From Dolichospermum sp. OTE_75_concoct_329_sub (lineage in GTDB: Bacteria; Cyanobacteriota; Cyanobacteriia; Cyanobacteriales; Nostocaceae): a stretch of 64,000 nucleotides of DNA. How positions within the stretch are numbered: the stretch's first letter is position 1; every line of letters begins with the position of its first letter. The position numbers and the translations under genes are program-made. Shown piece after piece: positions 1 through 11,471 of the stretch. The notes beneath the pieces were generated by a model. That model made no database searches. It saw only the letters and a list, made by a program, of their open reading frames with translations, and had not been told where the DNA came from. Where the stretch lies: contig JANMEE010000036.1 in NCBI GenBank assembly GCA_031376645.1, positions 8,239 to 72,238 on the forward strand, read 5' to 3'.

Positions 1-602
1 AAGCTTGATAGCTCCAATTCCATCTCTTTTTGTATGGCCTTGTCTACATCAGATGCTGACCAATTTAATGATTTTGCTATATAGTCATATATTGTCTGCA
101 ATGTTACTTCACCTGTAGAAGATACTTTTCTGGTATTTTTTTCAGCTTCTACTCTAATTTTAATCCAAACTTCTGGAGAAGCTAAACTCAAATTCTCATT
201 TTGAAGTTGAGAACCTAATTCCCAAAATAAATCAGTAGGTTTAGCCCAAATGCGTATCAAAGCTGTATCAAACACATCAAAAGAATAGTTTTTTTTCATA
301 GAGGCTTTATCGCTGTTGCTAATGGAATTATCGACTTGGGTGACTTTTATTCCTTTTTTAAGGCAAGCTTCAACTTGTCCGCTGTCCGTATCAATACCTT
401 CTATATTTAAGTATCCCATATCCTTAAGAGTTAGTAAGACAAAACCCATGCCGCAACCAACGTCTAAAATTCGGATGTTTTTATCGCTAGAAATATATTT
501 GCAAAGCATACGTCTATAAAAAGACTTCATGCTTTGAATATGCTCTGGTGTATCAGAATGATATCTTCTGTAATACCGTCCATAGTCTAGTTTTTGGTTC
601 AT
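1..602 (-). CDS. 5'-complete, 3'-partial ORF (runs off window): class I SAM methyltransferase N-terminal half fused in frame to a HAD-like hydrolase
   Basis: Hand translation from ATG 602-600 gives MNQKLDYGRYY...IRILDVGCGMG (SAM motif I)...VDNSISNSDKASMKKNYSFDVFDTALIR (HAD motif I FDxFDT) with no stop to the window edge. Absent from the ORF track because its stop lies outside the window. Confidence 0.7.
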   Translation of the reverse strand, partial: MNQKLDYGRYYRRYHSDTPEHIQSMKSFYRRMLCKYISSDKNIRILDVGCGMGFVLLTLKDMGYLNIEGIDTDSGQVEACLKKGIKVTQVDNSISNSDKASMKKNYSFDVFDTALIRIWAKPTDLFWELGSQLQNENLSLASPEVWIKIRVEAEKNTRKVSSTGEVTLQTIYDYIAKSLNWSASDVDKAIQKEMELELSS

Positions 603-609
603 AAATACA

Positions 610-1521
610 TTACCTTATCAGTATTTTTTTCAAAAATCTCTTTATACGGACTAGGATATCGACGCGATTTGCAAACTTTAAATATTCTACATCAAAGAAG
701 CTATCTGGATTTACTTCCAAAGGTTTTATAAGAGGAAATTCTAAGCCTTTTACTGGAATAGATGATAACTTACTCTTTCTTGTTGTATGAGTTGCGTTTT
801 CTCCAAACCCTATGTTCTGTACAAGATTATATTTAGGAATAATTGATAATCCATTATTTTCAGTACAACTAAAAGCCCATCGGCCATCCCAAGACTGTGT
901 TGTATTGTTGTTGTAGTGATTTTCAAAAACTTTAAAAACATTTAATTTTTCACTCTTAAAATATTCTATGTCTGTAGTTAGTTTATATTCACTCCATAAT
1001 TTCATTTCAATATCATAATATTTCCATGATCGACTCCAAGTTGCCCACCCCCAAATTGGGACTAAGCGAGAGAACAGAAAACTTGATTCACAATTAATAA
1101 TTGGTGTCAGATTCGTTCCCGCAATATGCATTATTTGTTCATTAAATCTATACTCGGAAAGTAACTCCTCACAGAAGGGAAAGAAAGTAGAATGAGGCAA
1201 ACAATCATCTTCAAGTATAATGGCTTCTTCGACTGTCTCGAAAACCCAATCTAATCCACTGGAAACCCGTATTTTACATCCTAAATTAACATCTGAATAA
1301 TTAGTCAATACCTCACATTCCCAATCCACACCCTCAATAATCGCCCTTGCAGCAGCGCACTTTTCGGCTTCTCCCGGATGGTCTGCACGGGGTCCATCGG
1401 CAATAACTAAAAGTTTGGGAGGTTTAGCCTGACGAATGGCTTCAAATACTCTTTTGGTTGTATCTGGACGATTGAATATGATAAATGCAACGGGAGTTTT
1501 CATGATTATTCTTTTAATCAA
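610..1521 (-). CDS. Nucleotide-diphospho-sugar transferase (GT-A fold, HlpA-like)
   Basis: FIIFNRP N-terminus, IILEDD DxD-like motif, WGWATW and WD..W motifs; sits in an EPS locus. Likely ATG at 1503. Confidence 0.8.
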   Translation of the reverse strand: MIKRIIMKTPVAFIIFNRPDTTKRVFEAIRQAKPPKLLVIADGPRADHPGEAEKCAAARAIIEGVDWECEVLTNYSDVNLGCKIRVSSGLDWVFETVEEAIILEDDCLPHSTFFPFCEELLSEYRFNEQIMHIAGTNLTPIINCESSFLFSRLVPIWGWATWSRSWKYYDIEMKLWSEYKLTTDIEYFKSEKLNVFKVFENHYNNNTTQSWDGRWAFSCTENNGLSIIPKYNLVQNIGFGENATHTTRKSKLSSIPVKGLEFPLIKPLEVNPDSFFDVEYLKFANRVDILVRIKRFLKKILIR

Positions 1522-1535
1522 AAATTACAACGAAT

Positions 1536-2864
1536 TTACCAATTAAAGGGTACAAGAGATTTAACCTGAAGCTTAAATATTTTTCTGGTTTTTGGATGAG
1601 TGGCATTACTTAAGAAAGAAGCAACCGCTTGAGATATGACAGTAGCTATAGCTGCACCAACTCCACCATAGGTAGGTATCAAGAATATATTTAAAAATAC
1701 ATTGGTAATTGCCCCCATAATAGTTCTGCGGAGGGCAAATTGAGTTAAGCCTTCTGCAAGAAACCAGGATGATGTTCCCACTCCCATAAACACAAACAAA
1801 GAAGCCCAAATATGAATTGCCAATATAGATGCTGATGCTTCATAGCTTTTACCAAAAAGTACGGTAATTATTGTTCCAGATAGAAACGACATTGGCACAG
1901 CTACAACAATAGAAAGCCAAGATAACAAGCGTAAAAACTGTTCTATGCGACGGTAATATAAAGATTCACTGACCTCTTTAGCAGCATAAATTGCCGGAGA
2001 TACTGAAGAGGCGATCGCCATAGGAATGAAATACCAAACCTCAGAAATCCGCGTTGCTGCTGAATAAAGACCTACAGCTTTATCCCCAATCATTTGACCT
2101 AGCATGATCTGGTCAATTCTCATGTAAATCATGATAGTTACACCCGACAATATCAAAGGCCAACTTTCCTTGAGAAGCGTCTTAGCAAGTGGCAAACTCC
2201 AAGGCCACAACCAAGGTGAATAACCCCTAACTCTGTAGGATATGATCAAACCGATCGCACCTAAGCCTACCTCTCCTAATGATGTCCAAGCAAAAGCAAT
2301 TAATGGAGCATGGATACTGATGAGAGTGACTTTAACTAAAGCAATGATGACAAAAGCTGTGTTCTTAGCAATTACAGTATACTTAGACTGTACCTGAGAT
2401 TGAAACCAAAGGTCAATTGTATCAAAAGCCTGGAAAATCCCTACAGATGACAATATCGCTACTAGGGAAATAGTCAATTGGTCATCATGACGCACCAAAA
2501 TAATAGAGCTAACAGCTAATACTAAGGCTGCAACACCACCAAACAATTTCAGCCAGAAAGCTGTTCCTAGAATTTCCGCTCTCTTCTCAGGCTCTCGGAC
2601 TATAGAGCGGACTACTATGGCATCTAAACCAAGAGTGGAAAGGGTACTAAATAAGGCCACAAAAGCAGTAGCATAGTTAAAAACCCCAAACTGTTGTACT
2701 CCTAAGTAGCGAGCGACCCAAACCCCCACAAATAACCCCACACCCATGCGAAGGATGCGGTCAGCAAAAAGCCAACCTGTATTGGCAATAATACCCCGGA
2801 GTTTATCACTAGATTTGAGAAGTGACAACTTCTTTTTAATATCTAATCTACTCAGCATCAGCAA
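1536..2864 (-). CDS. wzx: Polysaccharide flippase (Wzx/RfbX)
   Basis: Multi-TM protein with NTGWLFADRILR, ARYLG..FG and RIDQIML...VGLYSAA motifs. Confidence 0.9.
   Translation of the reverse strand: MLMLSRLDIKKKLSLLKSSDKLRGIIANTGWLFADRILRMGVGLFVGVWVARYLGVQQFGVFNYATAFVALFSTLSTLGLDAIVVRSIVREPEKRAEILGTAFWLKLFGGVAALVLAVSSIILVRHDDQLTISLVAILSSVGIFQAFDTIDLWFQSQVQSKYTVIAKNTAFVIIALVKVTLISIHAPLIAFAWTSLGEVGLGAIGLIISYRVRGYSPWLWPWSLPLAKTLLKESWPLILSGVTIMIYMRIDQIMLGQMIGDKAVGLYSAATRISEVWYFIPMAIASSVSPAIYAAKEVSESLYYRRIEQFLRLLSWLSIVVAVPMSFLSGTIITVLFGKSYEASASILAIHIWASLFVFMGVGTSSWFLAEGLTQFALRRTIMGAITNVFLNIFLIPTYGGVGAAIATVISQAVASFLSNATHPKTRKIFKLQVKSLVPFNW
2011..2018. repeat. HIP1 octamer GCGATCGC (representative site)
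   Basis: Also at 8382, 33743, 59356 and others; cyanobacterial signature. Confidence 0.95.
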
Positions 2865-3245
2865 TTCTCATTTTGGGCATATTTCCTGGCATATCTGAAA
2901 ACTATCACCGAGTTAGTAAGACTCTTATTTTGTCCAAAGTGTTGCTTGATTAAACCATTTTTAACCAGCCAAATACATCATCAACAGTTAATTTTAAATC
3001 TACTCCTACCAATACAGGCAGAATATCGGTTTTTTCCATCAGTATTGGTTGGCGATCGGGCGAAAAAACATAGCTTTCCCCTCATTCAGCCTTCCCAGTT
3101 AAGAGCAGGTTGCGAGGAAGGAACTGAGATCAAAAGACCATCAAAGCTCAACTTCTAAAACAGAGTTAACTTTATTAATGTTGCAGGGTGCAAACTTTCT
3201 TTTCATCTAACTAAATGTTGTAGTATCAGGGAACAAATTCAAGTC

Positions 3246-5438
3246 TTACCGCACATTAGTTTCAGAAGGATGATCCTTACTCTCTATTTGGTCTCCATAA
3301 TAACCTTTGTAATAATAATACCCACCATAACCACTTTCCTCGCTAACACCATTTACTACCATTCCCAAAATAGTCACTTTCACCTGATTGAGTAATGATT
3401 TAGCCGACTTCATTGCTGAATACTCCACCTTGCCAGGACGGACAACCAGCAATAACCCATCTACATACTTGGCAACAATCAGAGGGTCAGTAACAGCCGT
3501 CAAGGGTGGCGTGTCAATTATTACAAAATCATAATCATTGCTTGCCTCTTCAACCAAATCAGCCATGCGCTGGGAATCTAAAAGTGTCACGGGGTTAGGC
3601 GGAACTTTTCCAATTGGTAACATATCTACTAGGGGGGCTACTTCCTGGACAGCATTTTTTAACTGCGCCTGACCGGCTAAAATATTGCTCAATCCCAACA
3701 AAGTGGGTGTTTCCCAAATACGGTGCTGACGGGGACGACGCATATCAGCATCTACTAACAACACTCGTCGTCCTACATGAGCCGTTGCTAAAGCCAGATT
3801 TGCCGCCACAAAAGATTTACCCTCTCCAGCCGTTGAACTAGTTATCAGAATTACTCGCAATTCCTTGTCAGAGAGGGTGAATCCCAGGTTAGTCTGGAGC
3901 ATTTCAAAGGATGTACTGACTGGTGAATAGAGGTTATCAAGTAAGGGCAACTCTCGCCGACCTTCCCCCTGATTTTTCGGATTTTTCCCGCCATAGAGGG
4001 GAATCATCCCCAGCAAAGGAAAGCCCAACAGCCGATTGGCTTCTTCAACATTTTTGAGAGCCTGATTCATGGATTCCAACAGCAACGCAGTTCCTGCCCC
4101 CAAAAGGATGCCCAGAAATCCGCCTAGTGCTAAGTTGAGGGGTTTCTTGGGAGAAACGGGACGCTCAGGAACTAAAGCCTGAGAGATAATCCGCGCATTA
4201 CCGACATTCTGATTCTCTAATACAGCAACTAACTGGAATTGCTTCAGGAATTCTTGATAGGTGAGTTGTGCTACAGATAACTGTCGCTGTAGCTGTAGCT
4301 GTTGTTGTTCCAGTCGAGGTAAACTATCTAAACGTCTCCTATTGGCTATCAATATCCGCCGCAATTCCCCTATTTGATTTGTTAGTGCTAACCTTTCTAC
4401 CTCTGACTTAACTAGTTCTTGAGTTAACGACTGTTTGAGTTCTCCTATATGCAGATTTTGTGGCGACAGGGAATTAGAACTACCAACAGTCTGGGCAACT
4501 CGTTCTTTTAGTACGGTTTTCAGAGATGTCTCTTTCATGATTAAATCAACAACTTTTGGATTATCATTCGTATAAAGTGTTCGCGCTATAGCTAGATCGT
4601 ATTGTGTTTTCTGGTATTCTGTGAGTACCTGTTGTACACCAGGTGATTGACTTAATGTACTGAGATCAACTGCCTGTTGAGTACCCAATTTCATTTCATG
4701 CTGCAAGGCTACAGATCGAGTAGAAGCCGCCGCTAATTGCCCTTGGCTCTCGGTAATTGCTTGATCTAATTTTGCTAGAGATTCTAAACCAGTTTGGGCT
4801 TCTACATCCAAAACCGCCACCCGGTTGTTTTCTTTAAATCGCCGCAGGTTCATTTCTGCTTTCGTAACTTGTTTCTCAACCTTTGGCAATTGCTTAGATA
4901 AAAATTCTCGTGCGGATCTAGCCTCAGTGCGATTATTGCGAATATTACTCTCCAAGTAATGTTTCATGAGAGAATTTACCACATTTGCCGCTTCGGTGCG
5001 GTTGGTACTACTGTAAGTAACCTGTAACACATCTGTTCCTCGGATGGTTTTCAACTTCAGTTTTTTGAGAAAATTTTCCGAGGGAAGCTGTTCACCTTTA
5101 TCATTCGTCAATTTCAGTGTGGTAATAGTTTTTATAATAATCGGGTAGGAGCGGACGATCTCAGATTCGGTATCTACTGGGTTGCTGAGGTTTGTCAGTC
5201 CGTCCAGTTGTCCTATCTGTTGCGAGATATTTGTTGTGAGTGATGAAGCTACACCTTTTTTTGTAAAAACCAGCTTACCATCGGATTCGTAGACTGGTTT
5301 TGTTGTATAAGTGACAAAGGCTGTGATTCCGAACACAGAGGCAAAGACAATTGATGACACCAGCCAACGTCTTTTGAAGATCAGCCAGTATTCTTGGATA
5401 TCAATAGAGGAATCTTGGTCTTCTTGGTTAATAGACAT
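3246..5438 (-). CDS. wzc: Wzc/GumC polysaccharide co-polymerase with BY-kinase domain
   Basis: Two TM segments flanking a coiled coil; Walker A SSTAGEGKS, DADMRRP, IIDTPP; C-terminal Tyr cluster YGGYYYYKGYY. Confidence 0.92.
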   Translation of the reverse strand: MSINQEDQDSSIDIQEYWLIFKRRWLVSSIVFASVFGITAFVTYTTKPVYESDGKLVFTKKGVASSLTTNISQQIGQLDGLTNLSNPVDTESEIVRSYPIIIKTITTLKLTNDKGEQLPSENFLKKLKLKTIRGTDVLQVTYSSTNRTEAANVVNSLMKHYLESNIRNNRTEARSAREFLSKQLPKVEKQVTKAEMNLRRFKENNRVAVLDVEAQTGLESLAKLDQAITESQGQLAAASTRSVALQHEMKLGTQQAVDLSTLSQSPGVQQVLTEYQKTQYDLAIARTLYTNDNPKVVDLIMKETSLKTVLKERVAQTVGSSNSLSPQNLHIGELKQSLTQELVKSEVERLALTNQIGELRRILIANRRRLDSLPRLEQQQLQLQRQLSVAQLTYQEFLKQFQLVAVLENQNVGNARIISQALVPERPVSPKKPLNLALGGFLGILLGAGTALLLESMNQALKNVEEANRLLGFPLLGMIPLYGGKNPKNQGEGRRELPLLDNLYSPVSTSFEMLQTNLGFTLSDKELRVILITSSTAGEGKSFVAANLALATAHVGRRVLLVDADMRRPRQHRIWETPTLLGLSNILAGQAQLKNAVQEVAPLVDMLPIGKVPPNPVTLLDSQRMADLVEEASNDYDFVIIDTPPLTAVTDPLIVAKYVDGLLLVVRPGKVEYSAMKSAKSLLNQVKVTILGMVVNGVSEESGYGGYYYYKGYYGDQIESKDHPSETNVR

Positions 5439-5630
5439 AAATTAATTTAAAAAAATATACTAAATACAGAACTGACGCGCTATACAAATTGTAGCTTAGG
5501 TGTTTAAACAAAAATCAGTCATTTCAGGTTTTTATCAATTAACTTTTCTTAAATAGCGATAAGCTATTACTCTTTTACCAGTGTAGAATCAGATATTAAT
5601 TAAGAGAACTACACAAAAAAAATGATCCAT

Positions 5631-5700
5631 TGTGGGATGGGCATCTGGTCCCTCCTTGTATTATTAGCAGGCAAGATGCCCGCACCACAAGAAATTTTAG
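5631..5700. repeat. Dispersed palindromic repeat family (GTGGG..GGGCATC...GATGCCC..CCACAAGAAATT)
   Basis: Related copies at about 13185-13250, 28921-28985 and 63636-63700; all intergenic. Confidence 0.7.
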
Positions 5701-5727
5701 GATATTTTTTTAGTTGAAAGTCTTTAA

Positions 5728-5891
5728 GATGATGTTTTAAAAGTATTAGATGAAACCGATAATCTCCAAAAACCTAACCCCCCTGCCCCCCCTTCCCTAC
5801 GAGGGAAGGGGGGTTTCAAAGCCTCTCCCCGCTTCGGGGAGAGGTTTGGAGAGGGGTTTATTTATACCTTGAAAACTTTTCAAACACCCTC
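5728..5891. mobile_element. MITE family A copy (TIR GAGG(A/G)TGTTT(G/T)AAAAGT, TAA target duplication)
   Basis: Imperfect 17-bp TIRs, TAA on both sides, internal GC-rich hairpins; 4 more copies in the window. Confidence 0.8.
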
Positions 5892-6062
5892 TAACGCACC
5901 ATTCCACGTTAAATCAGAATTGCAGGTTATTAAATTTGCGTTCCTAAACATTTGAAAAATTCCTTAGTCCACTTCAGTGGACTTGAGCTATTAGACAGGG
6001 AATTGATTCCCTGTAGGGTGTGGAAGCCAACGGATAAGTAGGTGCGTATAGCCTGATTAAAT

Positions 6063-7049
6063 TTAGTTTTTTGACAACTTACCTGTTTCCCAAGCAAGAA
6101 AGCTAGAGATAATATTATCTAGGTTATTATACTTAGGTTGCCAATTCAATACCTGCTGAATTTTTTCTACACAAGCTGTCACACAGGCTGGATCTCCAGG
6201 ACGACGCTCTACTTCTATCACAGGAAAATTTACCCCAGAAATTGCCTTGACCCGTTCCACAACTTCCCTAACACTATAACCCTTTCCATAACCACAGTTG
6301 AAAATTTGACTGTCTCCATCTAGTTCTAGATAGTGTAACGCATCAATATGGGCTGCGGCTAAGTCTTCCACATGAATATAATCTCGAATGCCTGTACCAT
6401 CTGGGGTGGGAAAATCAGTGCCAAAAATCTTGAATTCTGATTGGCGTTTAAGTGCTGCATTACAAGCATTGGCAATTAAATGAGTTGCATTGCTGGAGTT
6501 TTGTCCAATTCTGCCACCGGGGTCTGCTCCCGCAACATTGAAATAGCGGAGAATTACATACCGGAAACTAGATGCTAGTGCATAGTCTTGAATTATCCAT
6601 TCGCTCATCAGTTTGGAGCGTCCGTAAGGGTTAATAGATACAGTAGGAGTCAATTCTGTGACGGGATTTTCTTGAGGTTCGCCATAAACTGCGGCTGTAC
6701 TAGAAAATATCAATTGGTTAACGCCCATGACACTACAGCACCTCAGTAAATTCAGGGTATTTCGGGTGTTATTGGCATAGTAATCGAGGGGATAGGCAAC
6801 AGATTCTGGTACAACTAGGCTGGCTGCAAAGTGTAGAACTGCACTAAATTGATGTTTACCAAAAACTTGGTAAAGGCGGTCTATGTCTCCCAAATCGCCA
6901 ATTATTAGCTCACCATACAGTACAGATTGAGCTACACCTGTAGAACAATTGTCATATACAACCACATCATAACCAGCCTCTCCTAATTGACGCACGACGT
7001 GGGAACCAATATAGCCTGCACCTCCAGTTACCAAAACTTTTTGATTCAT
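6063..7049 (-). CDS. galE: UDP-glucose 4-epimerase
   Basis: TGGAGYIGSH, HFAA, SSTAAVYG, YGRSK, LRYFNVAGA, RDYIHVEDLA. Confidence 0.95.
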   Translation of the reverse strand: MNQKVLVTGGAGYIGSHVVRQLGEAGYDVVVYDNCSTGVAQSVLYGELIIGDLGDIDRLYQVFGKHQFSAVLHFAASLVVPESVAYPLDYYANNTRNTLNLLRCCSVMGVNQLIFSSTAAVYGEPQENPVTELTPTVSINPYGRSKLMSEWIIQDYALASSFRYVILRYFNVAGADPGGRIGQNSSNATHLIANACNAALKRQSEFKIFGTDFPTPDGTGIRDYIHVEDLAAAHIDALHYLELDGDSQIFNCGYGKGYSVREVVERVKAISGVNFPVIEVERRPGDPACVTACVEKIQQVLNWQPKYNNLDNIISSFLAWETGKLSKN

Positions 7050-7398
7050 AAAACCTCGCGGTATGCGGGAAACTCAGTGGCTTGGTTCCCAACAGAGGGA
7101 AGCAACAAGAGTGAATTTATTCACTGTAGTATTTAAATGCTGATTTTTGAATGGATATAATCCCAGGAATCAGCAAACCTGTTTAAGTCCCCTCGCCCAA
7201 CTAATCCAAAATGTCTTGTCTTTAACCAACGACCTAACAAACGGTCTTGCAGATAATCCAATAGCGGAGCGTGGCGTAAGCCATACTGGAGAAGTATTCG
7301 GAAGTGCGTATCAGGATTAGTCTCAATGGGCTAGTCGCTGCTTGCGTTGTAAAGTTTGTTCTTTACAAGCTCAATCCCTTTAGGGTTGAGTCAGTGAC

Positions 7399-8817
7399 CT
7401 ATCTGCCTTTACCTAATAAAACAACTCTGATGGTTTTCAAGACTATTATCATATCCAACCATAAAGAATAGTTCTTTATATAGTAAAGGTCGTAAGCCAG
7501 CTTTTCGTAGGCATCTTCAACGGAAGCACCGTAGGCATAAAGCACCTGCGCCCAACCAGTAATTCCTGGTTTGACTAAATAACGCATTTCATAATAGGGA
7601 ATTGCTTCTTTGAGCTTAATATCAAACTCTGGTCTCTCTGGACGAGGACCAATCAGACTCATTTCTCCACACAGCACATTCCAAATTTGGGGGAGTTCAT
7701 CAATTCGCAGAACTCGTAGCCAATATCCTACCCTGGTAATGCGCGGATCACGTTGACTTGCCCATTGTGCGCCTCTTTTCTCAGCGTCCTGATACATAGA
7801 ACGGAACTTGTAAACTCGGAATGGTTTACCACACAATCCTGTTCGTAATTGACTATAGAAAATTGGTCCTGGACTATCCAACTTAATGATCAATCCTACA
7901 AGGATCATAATTGGCAATACAAGCACAAATAACAACCCAGTGAGGATTATATCTGTAACCCGTTTGATTTTCAGACTATCACCACGAAATACCAAGTTAA
8001 AGCCACTACTAAAAACAAACCACTCATCCTCAAGTAGAGAAGAGGGAACTTTGTAGCACAAGGTTTCCCAAATATCGGGTAGACGGTAAACAGGAATCCC
8101 TCTTAGTCTTAGTTGCATTAGACTCTGCAATTGTTGATCAGAGAGCCTTATTTGAGTCCCTACTACCACTCCCGACAAGGGTTGATCACTCCAATAAGAT
8201 AAGTCACTGAGGTATCCTTCATGACTTATTTGGGGTTCGATCTCTGCTAATTCGGGGATATGTTGACCAGTTTCAGTCAGGATAACTAATTGCCCCAATG
8301 GATTCTGTCCTAAGAACATTTGGGCAACTTTTATGGCATGATTGTTATCACTTAAAATTAACCAACGACTCTGCTGGGACTGCGATCGCCACCAGTTAAA
8401 TGCCCAAACTCTTAATATAATTGCCCAAATTGTAAATATTCCCAGGTTAACTAGCAATATAGCTCGCATTCCTGCTAGATTATATTGCCAATTCCTCAAT
8501 AGATGAATTAGCACAGAAGTGATGATAGCAACTACTAAACTGCTAATCAGAATGCGAGTCGGAGCTTGTAAACCGGCAATTTCTTTTTCTGGATGGTATG
8601 TATCTAACAAATACATTCCCATGAGAACGAGTAATATAAATCCATACACGAATATATTAAATCCTGTAAATGGATCAGCCAAAATCCAATAAGAACTAAT
8701 TCCCAAGCAGACAAATAGGCTAAAAACATCTCCCAGCATCAGAAATAGAGAGATAAAGCGTGGGAGTTTTACTAACTGAATACTGCTACTGTCAGTCTCA
8801 AATCCTATGTCTAGCAT
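7399..8817 (-). CDS. Initiating polyprenyl-phosphate sugar transferase (WcaJ/WbaP family)
   Basis: N-terminal TMs; C-terminal KFRSM, DPRITRVG, RIDELPQ, GEMSLIGPRPERP, KPGITGWAQV. Confidence 0.92.
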   Translation of the reverse strand: MLDIGFETDSSSIQLVKLPRFISLFLMLGDVFSLFVCLGISSYWILADPFTGFNIFVYGFILLVLMGMYLLDTYHPEKEIAGLQAPTRILISSLVVAIITSVLIHLLRNWQYNLAGMRAILLVNLGIFTIWAIILRVWAFNWWRSQSQQSRWLILSDNNHAIKVAQMFLGQNPLGQLVILTETGQHIPELAEIEPQISHEGYLSDLSYWSDQPLSGVVVGTQIRLSDQQLQSLMQLRLRGIPVYRLPDIWETLCYKVPSSLLEDEWFVFSSGFNLVFRGDSLKIKRVTDIILTGLLFVLVLPIMILVGLIIKLDSPGPIFYSQLRTGLCGKPFRVYKFRSMYQDAEKRGAQWASQRDPRITRVGYWLRVLRIDELPQIWNVLCGEMSLIGPRPERPEFDIKLKEAIPYYEMRYLVKPGITGWAQVLYAYGASVEDAYEKLAYDLYYIKNYSLWLDMIIVLKTIRVVLLGKGR

Positions 8818-8971
8818 AAGTATTTTTTAGTAATGTTGCTTGTAAAAACATAAACTCGTAAACAATTATAAGCGTTTTGCTTAAAAGATGGTTAAAAATC
8901 TCAAATCCTTGGACTGCGGTTAATCCGTTAAAAAATCCCTATCAAAAACCTGGAAGAAATTTTTAAGATTT

Positions 8972-9165
8972 TAGGACTTACGCACTGTACAAATTAATCA
9001 TGATATGCCTTCACCAAAATACCTTATTTTAGGCTGCAAGGAATTGTATTTTTATCGATAAATGAACCGTAGTAGTGTAGGGGTTTAGCACTGCTAAACC
9101 CTTACAATAAATGTGGTTTTTACAGCAATACATATTTGATATTTCTTGTCAATGCGTAAGTCCTA
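8972..9165. mobile_element. MITE-like element with TAGGACTTACGCA terminal inverted repeats
   Basis: 13-bp perfect TIR (8972-8984 and 9153-9165); GATTT on both flanks; internal GTAGGGGTTTAGCACTGCTAAACCC palindrome also found at about 41051. Confidence 0.7.
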
Positions 9166-9360
9166 GATTTATTGTTTTTGTCAAATCTTAAATAAATGGG
9201 AATTAATGCTTAAAACATCATATTTAACACTTAACATACAAGTATTAAAATAGCAATACCCCACATTCCGCACACCCAAGTGTCACACCCCAAGCAAACT
9301 AATTTATTTAGTACATAAGAACTATTGATTGTGAGAGTTGACTAGAATTTATGGAAGTTA

Positions 9361-9471
9361 GGCGTTGCTGATTTGATGTATGAAAATGATTTTTGATGAT
9401 ATCCAAACCCTTGTAGAGACGTTCCATGGAACGTCTCTACATTTAAATTCATACCTGGTTTCAGCAACGCC
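9361..9471. mobile_element. 111-bp MITE family B (TIR GGCGTTGCTGA, 8-bp TSD GGAAGTTA)
   Basis: TIRs, exact 8-bp flanking duplication (9353-9360 and 9472-9479), central palindrome GTAGAGACGTTCCATGGAACGTCTCTAC. Confidence 0.88.
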
Positions 9472-9483
9472 GGAAGTTAAATA

Positions 9484-9630
9484 TAGGGCTACTATTTGAT
9501 TTTTGAACAGATACGTAGGGTGTGTTAGCGATAGCGTAACGCACCATTCTTAAGGATTTCCTGCGTTACGCGAAACGCTAACGCACCCTACAAATACGTA
9601 ATTTTGTTCAAGAATCAAATCGGATTCCTA
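9484..9630. mobile_element. MITE-like element family C (ends related to TAGGAATCCGGTTTGATTCTTGAA; internal GTAGGGTGTGTTAGCG..CGTAACGCACC)
   Basis: Right end is the reverse complement of the left ends at about 33699 and 36988; internal motif also at about 22530-22610 and 23875-23910. Confidence 0.65.
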
Positions 9631-9678
9631 TAGAATAATTACTATTAAGCCAAATATACGACCAACAAAAACAACTAA

Positions 9679-9908
9679 GAGGATGTTTGAAAAGTTTTCA
9701 AGGTATAGATTAACCCCTCTTGTAAACCTCTCCCCGCTTCGGGGAGAGGCTTTGAAACCCCCCCTTCCCAGCCTTCGGCACGCTGCGCTAACGTAGGGAA
9801 GGTGGCAGGGGGGTTAGGTTTTTGGAGATTATCGGTTTCATTTAATACTTTATGGCTAACGCCACGCTATGCCTCCGTCACACTTCGTGAACGCTATCAA
9901 ACAACCTC
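9679..9908. mobile_element. MITE family A copy (reverse orientation) carrying nested small dispersed repeats
   Basis: GAGGATGTTTGAAAAGT left end, ...CAAACAACCTC right end; body is the reverse complement of 63855-64000; extra 21-25 nt inserts at about 9771 and 9851-9897. Confidence 0.8.
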
Positions 9909-9912
9909 TTAA

Positions 9913-11076
<1,164 letters not shown>

Positions 11077-11218
11077 TAATACGGATTAGATGTGAACCAG
11101 ACCACCCTGAGCTTAGTCAAAGGGTAACTGTTATTTATGAAACACTACATTATTCTGGGATTAGGACGTAAGGCAATCTCACTAAAAATACTGCTATTAT
11201 AATATTTACGTCCTCTTT

Positions 11219-11292
11219 GGGGTTGTAGCTCAGTTGGATAGAGCGAGCGCCTCCTAAGCGCTAGGCCGTGCGTTCGATCCGCACCAATCCCA
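11219..11292 (+). tRNA. trnR: tRNA-Arg (anticodon CCT)
   Basis: Cloverleaf: acceptor GGGGTTG/CAATCCC, D-arm GCTC/GAGC, anticodon stem AGCGC-CTCCTAA-GCGCT, GTTCGAT T-loop; CCA not encoded. Confidence 0.97.
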
Positions 11293-11471
11293 TTTATATT
11301 TGCAAAATATTAAGGCATTGCTTACTATATCATGATGATGGTGGGCAATGCCCAGCCTACGTAATATTTTAAAAATTAGATATTAGTTATATATGTGTAG
11401 TTGCGCTTTGGCGTGAAGTGCAACTACTAGCTAAAAACAGTTTCTCAATCTGGGTTGCTGCAAAATTAAAT

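Noticed and set aside
7050-7398. GC-richer stretch between the sugar transferase and galE as a hidden gene or structured RNA
   Set aside because: Frames I tried close quickly; only a small dispersed repeat (7261-7285) is supportable.
11219-11292. tRNA-Arg as an integration site for an island or prophage
   Set aside because: I saw no duplicate of the tRNA 3' end and no integrase in the window.
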